Shown piece by piece: positions 28,025-40,440 of a DNA stretch of 64,000 nt. Location of the stretch: positions 65,472,001 through 65,536,000 of the forward strand of contig NC_043009.1 of the NCBI RefSeq assembly GCF_006345805.1, read 5' to 3'. This DNA comes from Octopus sinensis. Lineage: Eukaryota. Each line of letters opens with the position of its first letter. The first letter of the stretch is position 1. Position numbers and translations under genes: made by a program. The notes beneath the pieces are model-generated. The model made no database searches. It was not told where the DNA came from and saw only the letters and a list, made by a program, of their open reading frames with translations.

Positions 28025-30662
28025 TATTAGTGCATTTATACCCTGCGTGAATATACACATGGAGACTACCACACAGTACAAATGTGTATATAATGGGAGC
28101 CCCATCACTACACTCATGTATACTCTCACCATCCGCACGGATTGAAAGCGAATCTCCGGTGTATATGTTGACGCTTATATGTAGCGCTGTGGAGTTGAAC
28201 GTCGTTGAATTGTGAATGAATGGGTGGAGTTGAGAATTGTAACCGGGTGGTGGGCTAGCGTTGATTGGAATTGGGAATGGAATAGTGTAGTAGTAAGGCA
28301 GGCATCGAGAATAGATTGGGTTACTGCAAGTTGTTTGTTAGAGCTGCTAAGATGAGCTAAAGCTCATAATTGTATATAATAATTTATTATGGTAGTTTTA
28401 TTAAAGAATCCATTCATAAATTTTTTTTAAGTAGTGTTGGTTTGCCACGTGGATATAGTTTTTAGTTCCATTTATTCTATTTCTCCATTCATAATTTTAA
28501 ATGACGTTTACTTTCCATGGCGCGTATTCTTTTTTTACATAAGTTATATTTCTATGGTAACGTAATTTTGGTTTGGTTTTTTTAACGGCTAAGAATTTAA
28601 TTTCACTTCATAATTTGAAACTGACTTGTAAGTATGTATTTTATTTCTCCTTATGTCATATTGTTATTTTTGATATTCTGGTTAATTACGATGTATTTAA
28701 TGTTGTTTTTTATTGGAGTGTTTATGTATATGATTGTGTGTGAGTTTTTAGTTGTATAATTTATTTATCTGTATGAGTGTGGGTGTGTAAATATTGTTGT
28801 ATATATCGAGTTTAGTGAGTATGTATATGCGTATATGTGAGGGAGTATATGTATCTGTTGTGTGTGTGTGTTTTGCGTGTGTGGTGTTTGTGTGTGAATG
28901 TGTATATGGGTTTGTTTTTAGGTTTTGGGATGTATGTGTTAATTTGTCTGTGTGGGGAGGAGTGGGGTTTTTTGGTGTATATTGAGGTTTATAAGTTAGT
29001 ATAGGTATGTGTATAAGTCGTGGGTCTGTGGTTTACGTGTGTGTTTTTTGTGTGTGAAGTTTAGGTTAGGGGGTTGCTATATAGTTTTGTTATAGAGTTT
29101 AGAAAAGGGAGATTTTATCGTTATATGTTTTTAAAGTTTTGGTTTATTATGTTTTTTTTAGGGAATTCGTGGTAATTTGTCTATTTTCGATGTTGGTTGT
29201 TTTATTACATTGTTTCATTCATAATTTTTGAGTGGTGTTCGTTTTGCCACGTGAATATTATTTTTATTTCATTTATTCCATTTCTCCATTCATTATTTTA
29301 AAAGATGTTCGTTTCCAGAGCGGTTATACTTTTTATACATATGTTAAGTTCCTTGGTAAAGTAATTTTGTTTGGTGTATATGTTGAGGCTTATATGTACT
29401 TGTGGGTGTGTGTGAGTGGGGTGGGTGTTTGTATTTGTTATGGGTGTGTGGTTTACGTGTGTGTATTTGTGTGTGAATGTATAGGTTAAGGGATTGCTAT
29501 ATAAGTATGTTATAGTGTTTAGTAAAGGGAGGTTTTATCATTTATGTTTTGTGAGTTTTAGCTTATCATGGTAGTTTTATAAAAGAATCCATTCATAATT
29601 TTGTGTTTATTGTCTGTGTGGGGTTGAGTGGGTTTTTGGAGTATATGTTGAGGTTTATATGTATGTATAGGTATGTGTAAGTGGTGTGAGTATTTGTATA
29701 TGTCGTGGGTGTGTGGTTTACGTGTGTGTATTTGTGTGTGAATGTTTAGGTTAGGGGTATTGCTATATAGGTATGTTATAGAGTTTAGTAAAGGGAGATT
29801 TTATCATTATATGTTTTTATGAGTTTTGGTTTATCATGGTAGGTTTGTTGAGGAATTCGTAGTAATTTGTGTCTATTTGCGATGTCTGTTGTTTTATTGC
29901 ATTGTTTCATTCATAATTTTTAAGTAGTGTTCGTTTTACAAGTGAATATAATTTTTAATTCCATTTATTCCATTTCTCCGTTCATAATTTTAAGTGATGT
30001 CCGTTTTCTAGAGCGTGAATGTGGGTGTATGTGTGTGTGGGGGAGTATGAATAAGTATTGTGTTGAAGTATTTAGCTATTTTATTTATTTATAGTTGCCT
30101 AGACGTTTTTATGTGTATGTATAGGGAATATATATAGGGGTGTGATTTAGTGTGTAGTTAGATATGGTTATATATAATTAGGTATATGTGTATGGGTGTA
30201 TATATAGTTTATTATTATATTATTATTATTTTTTTGTTTTGTTTTATATTTTATATTTTATATTTTATATTTTATATTTAATTGTTGATAGGTTTATTTT
30301 AGTTTATATATGTTTATATATTGATTATATATGGATATATATAGGTTATATATGGATTATATATTTATATTTTTTCGTTCATACTTTAATTATTTTAAAA
30401 TTATTATTTTTATATTTTAAAATATTGATATTTTAGATGGAAGTCCACCTGAAGATTGTCGATCAAGACAAGAAACAATTGTAGTGGCGGTTTTTTTGAC
30501 TATTTATTAAAATTTTATGTATTGATTAAGTCTTTCCTTGTTTGTTTTGCAAAATAGTGGTTTTGTCTCTAATAATATTTTATACTATTTTACTATAAAA
30601 TTGGATTTAATCCTAAATCTGATTTTTTCCCTGTAAATTTGGATTTATTCCCTAATATTTAT

Positions 30663-30665
<3 letters not shown>
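28021..30665 (-). mobile_element. Decayed Penelope-like element end with partial tandem repeats, flanked by (TA)n
   Basis: Block B occurs 3x (~28415, ~29217, ~29908) and block A 3x (~28977, ~29376, ~29641). The minus strand of block B and its upstream flank gives frameshifted NYEVK..K(F)LA...VT.K(Y)NLC...NK.N(E)..ST(W)...LKNY, resembling the CNLC...LNKRNE...CRH C-terminus of PLE GIY-YIG ORFs. An HHR lies at the right end. TA arrays at 27994-28020 and 30665-30697. Confidence 0.55.
30445..30487 (+). ncRNA. Minimal type I hammerhead ribozyme
   Basis: CCAC-CTGAAGA-TTGTC(gatcaa)GACAA-GAAA-CAATTGTA-GTGG: stem I CCAC/GTGG, 5-bp stem II, palindromic stem III ACAATTGT, GUA site after 30483. Confidence 0.88.
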
Positions 30666-30696
<31 letters not shown>

Positions 30697-30703
<7 letters not shown>

Positions 30704-31252
30704 ATTCAATAAAGGGTGGAATATAATTAATTTAATAAAATAATCAATTTCACCTAGTAGATTGTTTGTATGGAAAAGACCATATTTGGTAAGGGTTATA
30801 ATAATTATAATAAAGGGTTAAATGCAACAAGTTGCTCAAAACCACATACCGAAAATATTAGAAATAGCAGCCAAACTTGGTCAGTATTTCCTCTACTAGT
30901 AAAAAGTCTCCACAAACAAACAGAATTTGTAAGCTGTATATGGCAAAAAAAGGCAGATCGTACTGGTGTAGCGGGTAAGTTTTTTCCCCTAGCATTTCTA
31001 GATCTATAGGAAATATTATATTGACAAGGAAATGAACCTTCGGTTCTAATCCAGAAACGAGTCGTCTATAATTAATCCAGAGGCTGTGTTTTCATTATTT
31101 TCTGCCTTTTTTTGCCATATACAGCTTACAAATTCTGTTTGTTTGTGGAGACTTTTTACTAGTAGAGGAAATACTGACCAAGTTTGGCTGCTATTTCTAA
31201 TATTTTCGGTATGTGGTTTTGAGCAACTTGTTGCATTTAACCCTTTATTATA

Positions 31253-31254
<2 letters not shown>
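30697..31254. mobile_element. TA-embedded element with perfect 154-bp inverted repeat and HHR-like core (PLE/retrozyme-like)
   Basis: 30804-30957 is the exact reverse complement of 31101-31254; the 143-nt spacer holds the variant HHR; (TA)n on both sides. Confidence 0.7.
31015..31072 (+). ncRNA. Candidate variant hammerhead ribozyme (core UUGACAA, i.e. U3-A8)
   Basis: Stem I ATTATA/TATAAT (6 bp); TTGACAA; stem II GGA..GAACC-ttc-GGTTC..TCC; one extra A; GAAA; stem III ACGA-g-TCGT; GUC site after 31066. Confidence 0.55.
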
Positions 31255-31306
<52 letters not shown>

Positions 31307-31480
31307 CAGAGTGAGAGAGAGAGAGACGCACACACATACGTATACAGCCGCATACATCCACACGTCAAAGTCAGTAGCCCCTATCCACACACACACATTC
31401 TCACATACATACACACGTACGGACACCTGCGTTTTGGGATCACTAATACTTTATTATCTCCCTTTCTTTCTACCTCTCTT

Positions 31481-31680
31481 GTGAAACCTATATTTCGCCA
31501 ACCAGTCGCCATACTCGATCGCTAAATCCAGAAGATTTTTTATTTTCTCTTATTCCTTCCTGATGAAGAGCGTACACTCGAAACGTAAAATACTTTCTCA
31601 CTTTCCCGGCGTTAAATTGATACACCTGCTTGTTGTTCATACACCTGTCTTCGTCTTTTGCTTTTCTGCAAATTTCAACT
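31481..31680 (+). mobile_element. Short HHR-bearing repeat
   Basis: HHR core at 31560; the 3' part matches the reverse complement of 48256-48368; ends at (TA)n. Confidence 0.6.
31555..31591 (+). ncRNA. Hammerhead core with degraded stem I
   Basis: CTGATGA-A-GAG(cgtaca)CTC-GAAA-CGTA; the flanks pair poorly. Confidence 0.55.
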
Positions 31681-31689
31681 ATATATATA

Positions 31690-31840
31690 CGACTTGCCTC
31701 TTTCAATTCCAGTCTACTGAATCTACTCCCAAGGCTTTGGTCGGCTTGAGACTATAGTGGAAGACACTTGCCCAACGTTCCGCACAGTAGGACTGAACCC
31801 GGAACCATGTGGTTGGACAGAAAACTCCAGACTACTTATT
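31690..31840 (-). mobile_element. SINE family A, 5' half
   Basis: AAGACACTTGCCCAA...GACTGAACCCGGAACCATGTGGTTGG. Confidence 0.8.
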
Positions 31841-31954
31841 ACCAAAAGGCCACGACTGTGCCTATATTTCTCAGATTAATGAGAATATATTAGTAATTTA
31901 TTCAAACAGGTCGATTCACAACTTTAATTATATTACTCAAGATTTCTTACAAGG

Positions 31955-32170
31955 AAGTCGCCGAGCTAGCAATGTTAGGACGCCGGACGAAATGCTTAGT
32001 GGTATTTCGCCTCTTTACGTTCTGTGTTCAAATTCCGCCGAGGTCGACTTTGCTTTTTATCCTTCCGGGGTTGATCAATTAAGAACCAGTTGCGTACTGG
32101 GGTCGATCTAATGGACTGACCCCTTCCCTACAAAATTTCGGGCCTTGTGCCTAGGGTAGAAAAGACTATT
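31955..32170 (+). mobile_element. SINE family B with alternative tail
   Basis: Core followed by AAATTTCGGGCCTTGTGCCTAGGGTAGAAAAG. Confidence 0.85.
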
Positions 32171-32850
32171 CCTTACAAGCGAATGATATAGAAAATGACT
32201 AAAATCACCAGTCATTTCGTATATTATTTCTTACTAGTAATCTTGAGGAAATTCCTTCTCCTTCTCGGACGAACACATGAAGATAACTTTAATAAGACAG
32301 CAATAACCACTCGAAACCAGTCGTGCTGTTTGTTCTCATCTTTACCTTGTGACAAAAACAGCGAGGTGGAATGTTTATTGGACTTAGAGAAATAAACTAA
32401 TTCACAGCTTTTACAGATAAAGCAACAACACTCTTAGTAGTATATTTATTGTCTAAAATGTATATGAATATTTACATACACAAATATTGTCCAATAATTA
32501 CACGTTATCTGCTGTGTATATATATGTATATTCGTCCAACTGTAGCACACTGTAGAAGCCTGTGCGTATCTAGGGTGCATTTAGGTGTCTATGGATATGA
32601 ATCCGTCCATTATCTTGAGTTATGTACTTGGAGCACTTAATTACCTGTATAAGAGGTGGGGAGAGAGAGATCTGTTTCATCCGTTCACAAAGCACATACA
32701 TACACACACATATACATACACACATACACACAAGCAAACACATATAGTGATATAAATTCAGCGCATAGAAAAATGTATGTGTGCGTGTGAACATGTATGT
32801 CTGTCGGTGTGTGTACTTATATGTATATATGTACATATGTATATATGTAT

Positions 32851-32906
<56 letters not shown>

Positions 32907-33136
32907 ATATGTATGTATGTATATATATATATATATACTCATACATAAATATCTATGTATGTATGTGTGTATGTATGTATAGATGTTTATGTATACAAGT
33001 TCCTTATATTGTGTATAGCAGGATTAATGAATATATGAATTAATGATGAACTTTTCCACCGACTTGAGTAGCACTGAAATAATCTGCTCTCTTCTCATCT
33101 CTCCCTCTCTCTCTCTCTCTCCTTTTCTCTCTCTCT

Positions 33137-33175
<39 letters not shown>

Positions 33176-34165
33176 CTAACATTTGTCTTTCTCATTTTGT
33201 TTATGAAAATGTTTGATCTCTGATAGTGATGTTTTTGCTGACGCTTACTTGTGATTGGCTGTCGTATTGCCACTATAGACACAGACATTCCAAATGTGGC
33301 CACCTCGTGTTTTAAGTGCAGGGAAGATAGAGACAATGAGAGATTTAAAAAAAAGAATAATTTGAAGGTAATTTCGTCTCATTTCTTGCTGTTCAAACGA
33401 CTACGTAGAGGCTCCTTCCCATGGTTGTAAGTCTTGGTTTTTGGTTGCGTAATGGGGGCGCTTGTTTGATATTATGGATTTATATCTACATACGTGCGGG
33501 AGCGAAATTTGCTCAGTGGGTGAAAACCAGGTCCATAATACTTTTACAAATAAGGCCCTTTTTTTCAAATCGTAATATTAAAACAAATACAAATGAATAA
33601 TAATTATTATTATTTAACATCAATCAAATCAGATGAATCCAGTAATATGAAAGCTAATTCTTCGAATCACTCCAGAAGTTTTTCAGGAGGATGTTTGAAG
33701 CGTTTTCATTGCCCACCCAAAGTTTTAGGTTGTGCACTTACACCCTACTGTCTCCCTGTTCCCGGGTCCATGTGCGTCTATGCAATTTCTGTGGTAGTGC
33801 AGCCGTGGAATTCCGTACAAATGTTATTCTTTGGTCGTGTGATCGAATAGTTGTGCAGTCATATAGTACTGTAGTTTTGAGGACGTGTTAATGTGAAGCT
33901 GTGCAGTAGCATGCTTGTTCAGTGGGGTATTTATTTCTTCACTTTGTGGTTATGTCCTCATTTCCATTGAACCAGGTTGTTACCCACAATCTCTACGACA
34001 TATCACACTGTATGATTATCATAGATGCATTTGCTAAGAGTTGCTTATATCTTCGTATCTATGGAATAATGATGTATCATAATACCTGCCCTGGTGGTAC
34101 GACATCAATTTAAAGTGAAGAAACAAAACACACTAATGGGAAAGAGAAAGAGTGAGAGTACGATG

Positions 34166-34211
<46 letters not shown>

Positions 34212-34321
34212 AGTGTAGTAGAAAGAGAAAACAAGAGAATCTGGGGTTGACGATTTTTGTGGTGAATATATTGTTTTCTACTTTACATTTGAGACTGATG
34301 ACCACTAAAATGCTATTGTTG

Positions 34322-34733
34322 TTGCTGCTTTGTTTGTTTTGTTTGTTTGTTTGTTTGTTTGTTTGTTAAGCGAAGCGGTCTTCGTCCCAGATCTCGCAAG
34401 TAGTAGGAGAAGTCCGAAACGTGGTCCTTTGCTATTCGTAAGACCCGCAGAAGAGAAAGCAAGTCAACCCCGACACCGAGAGCATCGACGGATGGATGAA
34501 TGCGCATCCAGGCTCAGCGGTTGCGTAGGAAGTCGGGGACAGGAAGAAAGAGTGAGAGGAAGTTGGAGCGAAAGAGTACAACAGGTGTCGCCACCCCCAC
34601 CCCCTGCCGGAACCTCGTGGAGCTTTTGGTGTTTTCGCTCAATAAACACACACAACGCCCGGTCTGGGAATCGAAACCGCGATCCTCCAACCGCGAGTCT
34701 GCTGCCCTAACGACTGGGCCATTGCGCCTCCAC
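34322..34733 (-). mobile_element. tRNA-derived SINE family D with (AAAC)n tail
   Basis: Minus strand GGAGGCGCAATGGCCCAGTCGTTAGG...GGTTTCGATTCCC...; ends in (AAAC)n at 34325-34368. Confidence 0.8.
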
Positions 34734-35344
34734 TTGTTGCTGCTACTGTTGCTGCTGCTGTTGCCGCTGCTGTCATTGTCATTGTGGCTGCTGCTGTATA
34801 TTTTAGCACTGTTTCATCATTCCTGCAGGGACTGCTGCTATTATAGTTGTTCTTGCCTTCCATTTTGCTCTTATGTTTGTTGCTGCTTCAGTTATTGCTT
34901 CCTGTGATGTCGACGATATCCGTAGCTAACAATGGGGACTTGTTTACTTCTGTCTTGTTTTGGTTGCGTGGGTGGAAGACTCTCGGGTGATCTTTGTTAC
35001 CCCATAAGTGGCACCTGGGTCTTCTCCAGCCCAGCATTAGTCGCCACTACATTCGGCATGATGTTGAAATCTGGGGGTGCCCTTTTCAGTTTCTGCTTAA
35101 CAGAAATGAAATCTCGGCGCCCTGGACCAGTTCTCCAGCCTCAATCTTTTGACATCCAACCGGTTATGGTTCCTCAATGTTCTTTTTCAACAATAAGTGA
35201 GGAAGAAAGCGATCTTTTTCTATTCCATATGGAATAACGGAATGTTTCCGTGAAAGGGACCTAGTCTCCACTATGTATTTAGTGATGTCCCTTTATCTTT
35301 TATTTATGTTGACGATGTGTTCTGTATTTATGCTTGCAATATTC

Positions 35345-35909
35345 TTTTCTACTCTAGGGACAAGGCTCGAAATTTTGTGGGGAAGACTCCAGTGCGCAAC
35401 TGGTACTTAATTGATCGATCCCAAAAGGATGAAAGGTAAAGTCGACCTCGGTGGAATTTGAGCTCAGAACGTAGCGACAGACGAAATACTTATTTCTTTA
35501 CTACCCACAAAGGGCTAAACACAGAGGGGACAAACAAGGGCAGACAAACAGATTAAGTCGATTACATCGACCCCAGTGCGTAACTGGTACTTAATTTATC
35601 GACCCCGAAAGGATGAAAGGCAAAGTCGACCTCGGCGTAATTTGAACTCAGAACGTAAAGAGGACAAAATGCCGCTAAAAATTAGGACCGGCGTGCTAAC
35701 GATTCTGCCAGCTCGCCATAATAATAATTTGTGGAGAGGGGAATAGTCGAGTACGTCGACCCTAGCATTTCACTGGTAATTAATTTATCGACCCCGAAAG
35801 GATGAAGGCAAATCTGACTTCGACGAAATTTGAACTCAGAACGTAGCGGCGGACAAAATACCGCTAAGCATTTCGCCCGGCGTGGTAACGATTCTGCTAG
35901 TTCGCTACC

Positions 35910-35910
<1 letters not shown>
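35345..35910 (-). mobile_element. SINE family B tandem cluster (3 units)
   Basis: Core repeated at about 35400-35490, 35570-35720 and 35760-35910. Confidence 0.88.
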
Positions 35911-35962
<52 letters not shown>

Positions 35963-36042
35963 TGCCCTAGGAGTCGGGAAGACACTCGGCAAGAAATGGA
36001 AGCAAATTTGAAAGAAGAAAAAAAAAGTAATAATAATAATTT
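35963..36042 (+). mobile_element. Short element fragment embedded in (TAA)n, possibly a Dong-like 3' end
   Basis: About 60 bp of unique sequence between two (TAA)n runs. Confidence 0.3.
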
Positions 36043-36737
36043 AGCGTCTCGAATCAAAGAGAAACTACACAGGATATGTGGATTAGAAAGTTTTCCCTAA
36101 ATGGTAATCATAGAAGTAAGGAAAAACTTGGCGCAAGTGACCTAATCACGTGACAAGCGGTTCCCTCTGACGCATTCCCTGATGAGATGTGATGAAAATG
36201 TTATCTATTCCTCTGGGTGAAAGGAGGACAAATACTATAATGCACTGAAAACTTTCGAACTTCAACTTATTTGGCTCAACCACCCAACAACCGAAGAAGC
36301 AGACATGTTTGATAACAATCTCGTTGTTGTTGCTCCTCTCACTCGCATCGACGCTCAACGGTTTCGCAGTCGTTTTATCACACACTAATTTACTTACTTG
36401 CTCACTACCTTACACTTCAGCTCTCTCTCTCTCTGTCTCTCTCTGTATGTCTGTCTGTCTGTCTGTCTCTCTTTGTCTATTTCTCTCTCTCTGTCTCCCC
36501 ATCTCTCTCTCTCTCTGCTTCTCCGCGTCTCTCGGTATCTCTTTCTCTATCTCTGTATCTCTCTCTATCTGTCTCTCTGTTTCCCCCCTCTCTCCTCATA
36601 TATGTGCATATGTGTGTATGTGTTTATATACATATATATTATATGTATATATATATATAATATATACATATATATATATAATGTATGTATATACATACAG
36701 TATATATATGAATATACGTGTATGTGTGTGTAATATA

Positions 36738-36782
<45 letters not shown>

Positions 36783-37214
36783 ATGTACATCTATATACAC
36801 ATATCCATGCATTTGTATACGGTATATGTGCGTGCGTGTGTGTGAGTATACGAGTTTGTGTGTACTTTAAAATAAATAAGTCTGTGTATGTGCACATATG
36901 TATGATTTTATCTTTGTATATGTATGTGTATCTGTATCCTATCCGCACACACATACACACATGTATCCTTATACATGTACACACACACACACTTTATATA
37001 TATATATATATATGGCGTTAAGCAAATAAATGATAAGGTAGTATGAATTCATTAATATTTAATCTTTAACCATAAATTCATTTTTCGTCGATTCTCAACT
37101 CAATGGAAAAAATATATCATTTCCGATGAATCAGATGAACTATACTTAAATAGCATTTTTGAATTAATTCAGACTTATTCTCTATTAAATTAACTTTTTC
37201 TCAATTCTCATAAA

Positions 37215-39780
37215 CGGACTATTTATAACTTAGAGGCCCATATACTTTAACAGGGCACATTCATTTTCCTAGCCAGCTAGCCTGAGGGTTGTATACAACC
37301 TGGAACTAAGGAATTATACAGGATTGATATGAATGTTCTCCTCGATACGATTGAAGACTTTCTCGTGCAACAACTCATTGCCCGTCCAGTTAGGGGAAGT
37401 GACATTTTCAACCTAGTCTTTACCACCAATAAAATCTTCCTACAAAATGTTCGGGTCATTCCACCTGTTATTTATGACTGCAACCTTATGCAATTATCTG
37501 AATATGGTTCAAAATGGACAACACAAATACCACCAAGCATAACTCGTCCCTCGTGAACTTGAATTTCAGGAAGGCCAAGTAGGATAAAATCAAAACTGAA
37601 ACCCTCGAAAAAACAAACTGGTCTCAGCACATTGGCAACCTCAATGTTAACGAAGGAATGATGTTTCTGTACGAAGAGTTAATCAGGATCTCTTGAAATA
37701 ATGCACCATATAACACGCCTATTCCGGCAAGATCTTTATTCGTTGCGAATGACAAATACTAATGCGAAACAGAACAAAGTTAACAAAACAACTAAAAAGG
37801 AAAACAAACTTTCTCAATAAAGAGATAAAAATGAGAAATTAAAGAACATTCAATTAGACCTAAAATAAAGAACATTGAATTAGACCAAAAACTATCCCAT
37901 AAAAGAAACGCCATTAAAGGAACAGCGAGTAGTAGAAAGCAGAAAATCTAATCCCAATTTCTTTTTCCACGTTTCTATACAAAGATCAGCTACGCACAAC
38001 CAGAAATGGCCCTCTAATCGATCAAAATCTAATGATTTATTACAAATATGCGTACCCTTGAGTCAACGGTAAAACAGTGCATTTTCCCAACCCATAATTA
38101 AAAAGATTGTACGTAATCCAAGCGAAATATCTGATCCTCAAAATTCAAATGCAGAGAGAAGTCTAGAAATTAATGAAAGATGAAATACAACTATTAAGGA
38201 TCTAGATTTAAACTCAGTATCTGGACCAGATGGTCCCCCAGCCAGGTTGTTAAAAACGTGCAAAAATAGACACGCGAGACCATTAAAAATATTATTCCAA
38301 AAGTCACGAGATACCGACACATTCCCAGAACTACTGAAATGCACACTGATAACACAAAGGAAGGTAGCAGAGCTGAAGCTAAAAATTACGGAACTGTTTC
38401 ACATCTAAAATTATCGAATGTATTGTCCGAAAAAAAAATAGTTACATACCTTGAGGAAAACAACCTCTTAGATAACACACAACATGGTTTTCGGACTGAG
38501 CGAAGTTGCCTGTCACAACTATTATAACACCATAACACTATCTTCAATAACCTCTTGAGAAGAAACGATACTGGGTTTGTATACTTTCATTTTGCTGAGG
38601 AATTTGGCAAGCTAGATCATGGCATCGTTTGCCAAATGTTAAGTGATCTTGGTATCAAAAGAATACTCTGATATTGGCTCTTTGACTTCCTTTGCGGTAG
38701 CAGTGAATCTGTTGCGGCAAATGCTTTTCTCTCCTAAGTCACATGTAATAAGTGGTTTACCTTAGGACACGATTCTAGGACAATTGTTATTTATCATCAT
38801 ATATCAGGTACAGAGTCACAAGTGTATGGGCCAACCGCACCACTTACGCTGATAACACAAACTATCCAAACTCCAGAAAATATTGTCATACTCCAAAATG
38901 AATTAAACCTCATTTATCAATGGGCAGGAAAAAAAAAAAAAACAAATTTAATACATCAGAATTTTAGATTCCTCGTTTCGGAGGGAATGCACACAAATGC
39001 CATTACTTGACACAATAATTCTGAGCACCGATGAAATATGAGACTTGGGAGTAATCAAGCCAAATGATGCATCTTTCATCAGCCACATCACCAAACTGAC
39101 AACTAAGTGCAGATATCTCATAGGATGGGTACTATGAATCTGGCAAGTGAACCGGTATTTATGGTAGCTCTATAAAACTACCCCTAATTCTAAGTAGATT
39201 TTCTTACTGTTCACAGTTTTGGTCTCCTAACTCTCCTGATCTTCTAGAAGAATTTGAAAGGTTACATAGAAACTTCGCCAGTAAAATGACTTCGGTTAAA
39301 AACCTTAATCCCTGGGACAGTTTGAAAGCTCTGCGTCTCTACTCTCTTGAACGCCAATAAGACAGATATACTTATCATATACATATGGAAAATACTGGAG
39401 GGGCATGTTCCAAACTTTGGAATTAGAGAGAATTTTAATGCATGGACTGGTAGATATTGTCAGCTTCCAAATATATCGCCTTCGAAATCACGAGCAAAAA
39501 CATTATTGTACCAGTCTGATATTTAGAAGTTCTTAACTGTAAGCGTTCAACTGTCTATCAGAAGAAATCCGAAATAGAAATGAAATAAAAAGAAAACGCA
39601 AACAAAAACAAAACGTTGGATAAACCTCTAACAAATATATGGGACCAGCTAAGCGTTCTAGGGAACCCTCAGGGAAGATCAACTGCTGCAAAGTCAATCA
39701 CAGACCAAATTCTATCTATAAAGAGATAATAAAACTGATAGAAAAAAAATTAAGGGGGTGCTCCAGCATGACCGCAGCAG
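37215..39780 (+). pseudogene. Decayed APE-type LINE (CR1/L2-like) ORF2 relic
   Basis: EN end LLDTIEDFLVQQLIARPVRGSDIFNLVFTTN; RT motifs SGPDG, NTQHGFRTERSCLSQLL, F(A)EEFGKLDHG (cf. KAFDKVDHG), SGLP*DTILGQLLF (cf. SGVPQGTVLGPLLF); many stops and frameshifts. Confidence 0.85.
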
Positions 39781-39994
39781 TCATACTGGAGTGACATTCC
39801 TCTCAGTTTCGTTGCCTCAATTTTCTCAGTTTTGAAACCATTAAAAAAATAAAAGAAAAGAATGTAAAAATTCTATGGTGTGATTTGCTCCATTCTAGTT
39901 TGATTAATGTTGTTTATTTTGCTGGCGACCACAAATGGAATCGATTCTCTGTAAGATGTTTGCGCTTTTATAATAGAAAGAAACAACTAATGAA

Positions 39995-40440
39995 TGACAG
40001 CCATATACATACATACATACATACATACATACATACATACGTACATACATACATGTATGCATGCATACATACATACATACATACGTACATACATATATAC
40101 ATACATACATACATGTATGCATGCATGCACGCATGCATACATACATACATACATACATACATACATACATACATAAATGCATACATACATACATGCATGT
40201 ATACATAAATAAATACATACATATATAAATACATACATACAGGCATGTATGCATAAATGCATACATACATAGATGCATACATAGATGCATACATAGATGC
40301 ATATATGCGTGTATGCATATATGCATACATAATACATACATAATACATACATACAAACATACATACATGCATACATAAATGCATAAGTGCATACATGCAT
40401 ACATAGATGCATACATACAGACAGACAGATCAACATACAT
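39995..40440. repeat. (TACA)n/(TGCA) tetranucleotide-derived microsatellite
   Basis: Direct reading. Confidence 0.97.

Noticed and set aside
28085-28175. MGAP/GSP...YVDA as a Penelope RT motif on the + strand
   Set aside because: The spacing is too short, the frames disagree, and the better-supported ORF relic is on the opposite strand.
28380-30440. Mitochondrial insertion (NUMT), suggested by the strong GT skew
   Set aside because: No mitochondrial gene, rRNA or tRNA sequence is recognisable; the PLE-like motifs and HHR explain the region better.
36179-36205. CTGATGA...GAAAA motif (similar partial hits at about 12530 and 50290 on the minus strand)
   Set aside because: No pairable stem II, III or I; expected by chance.
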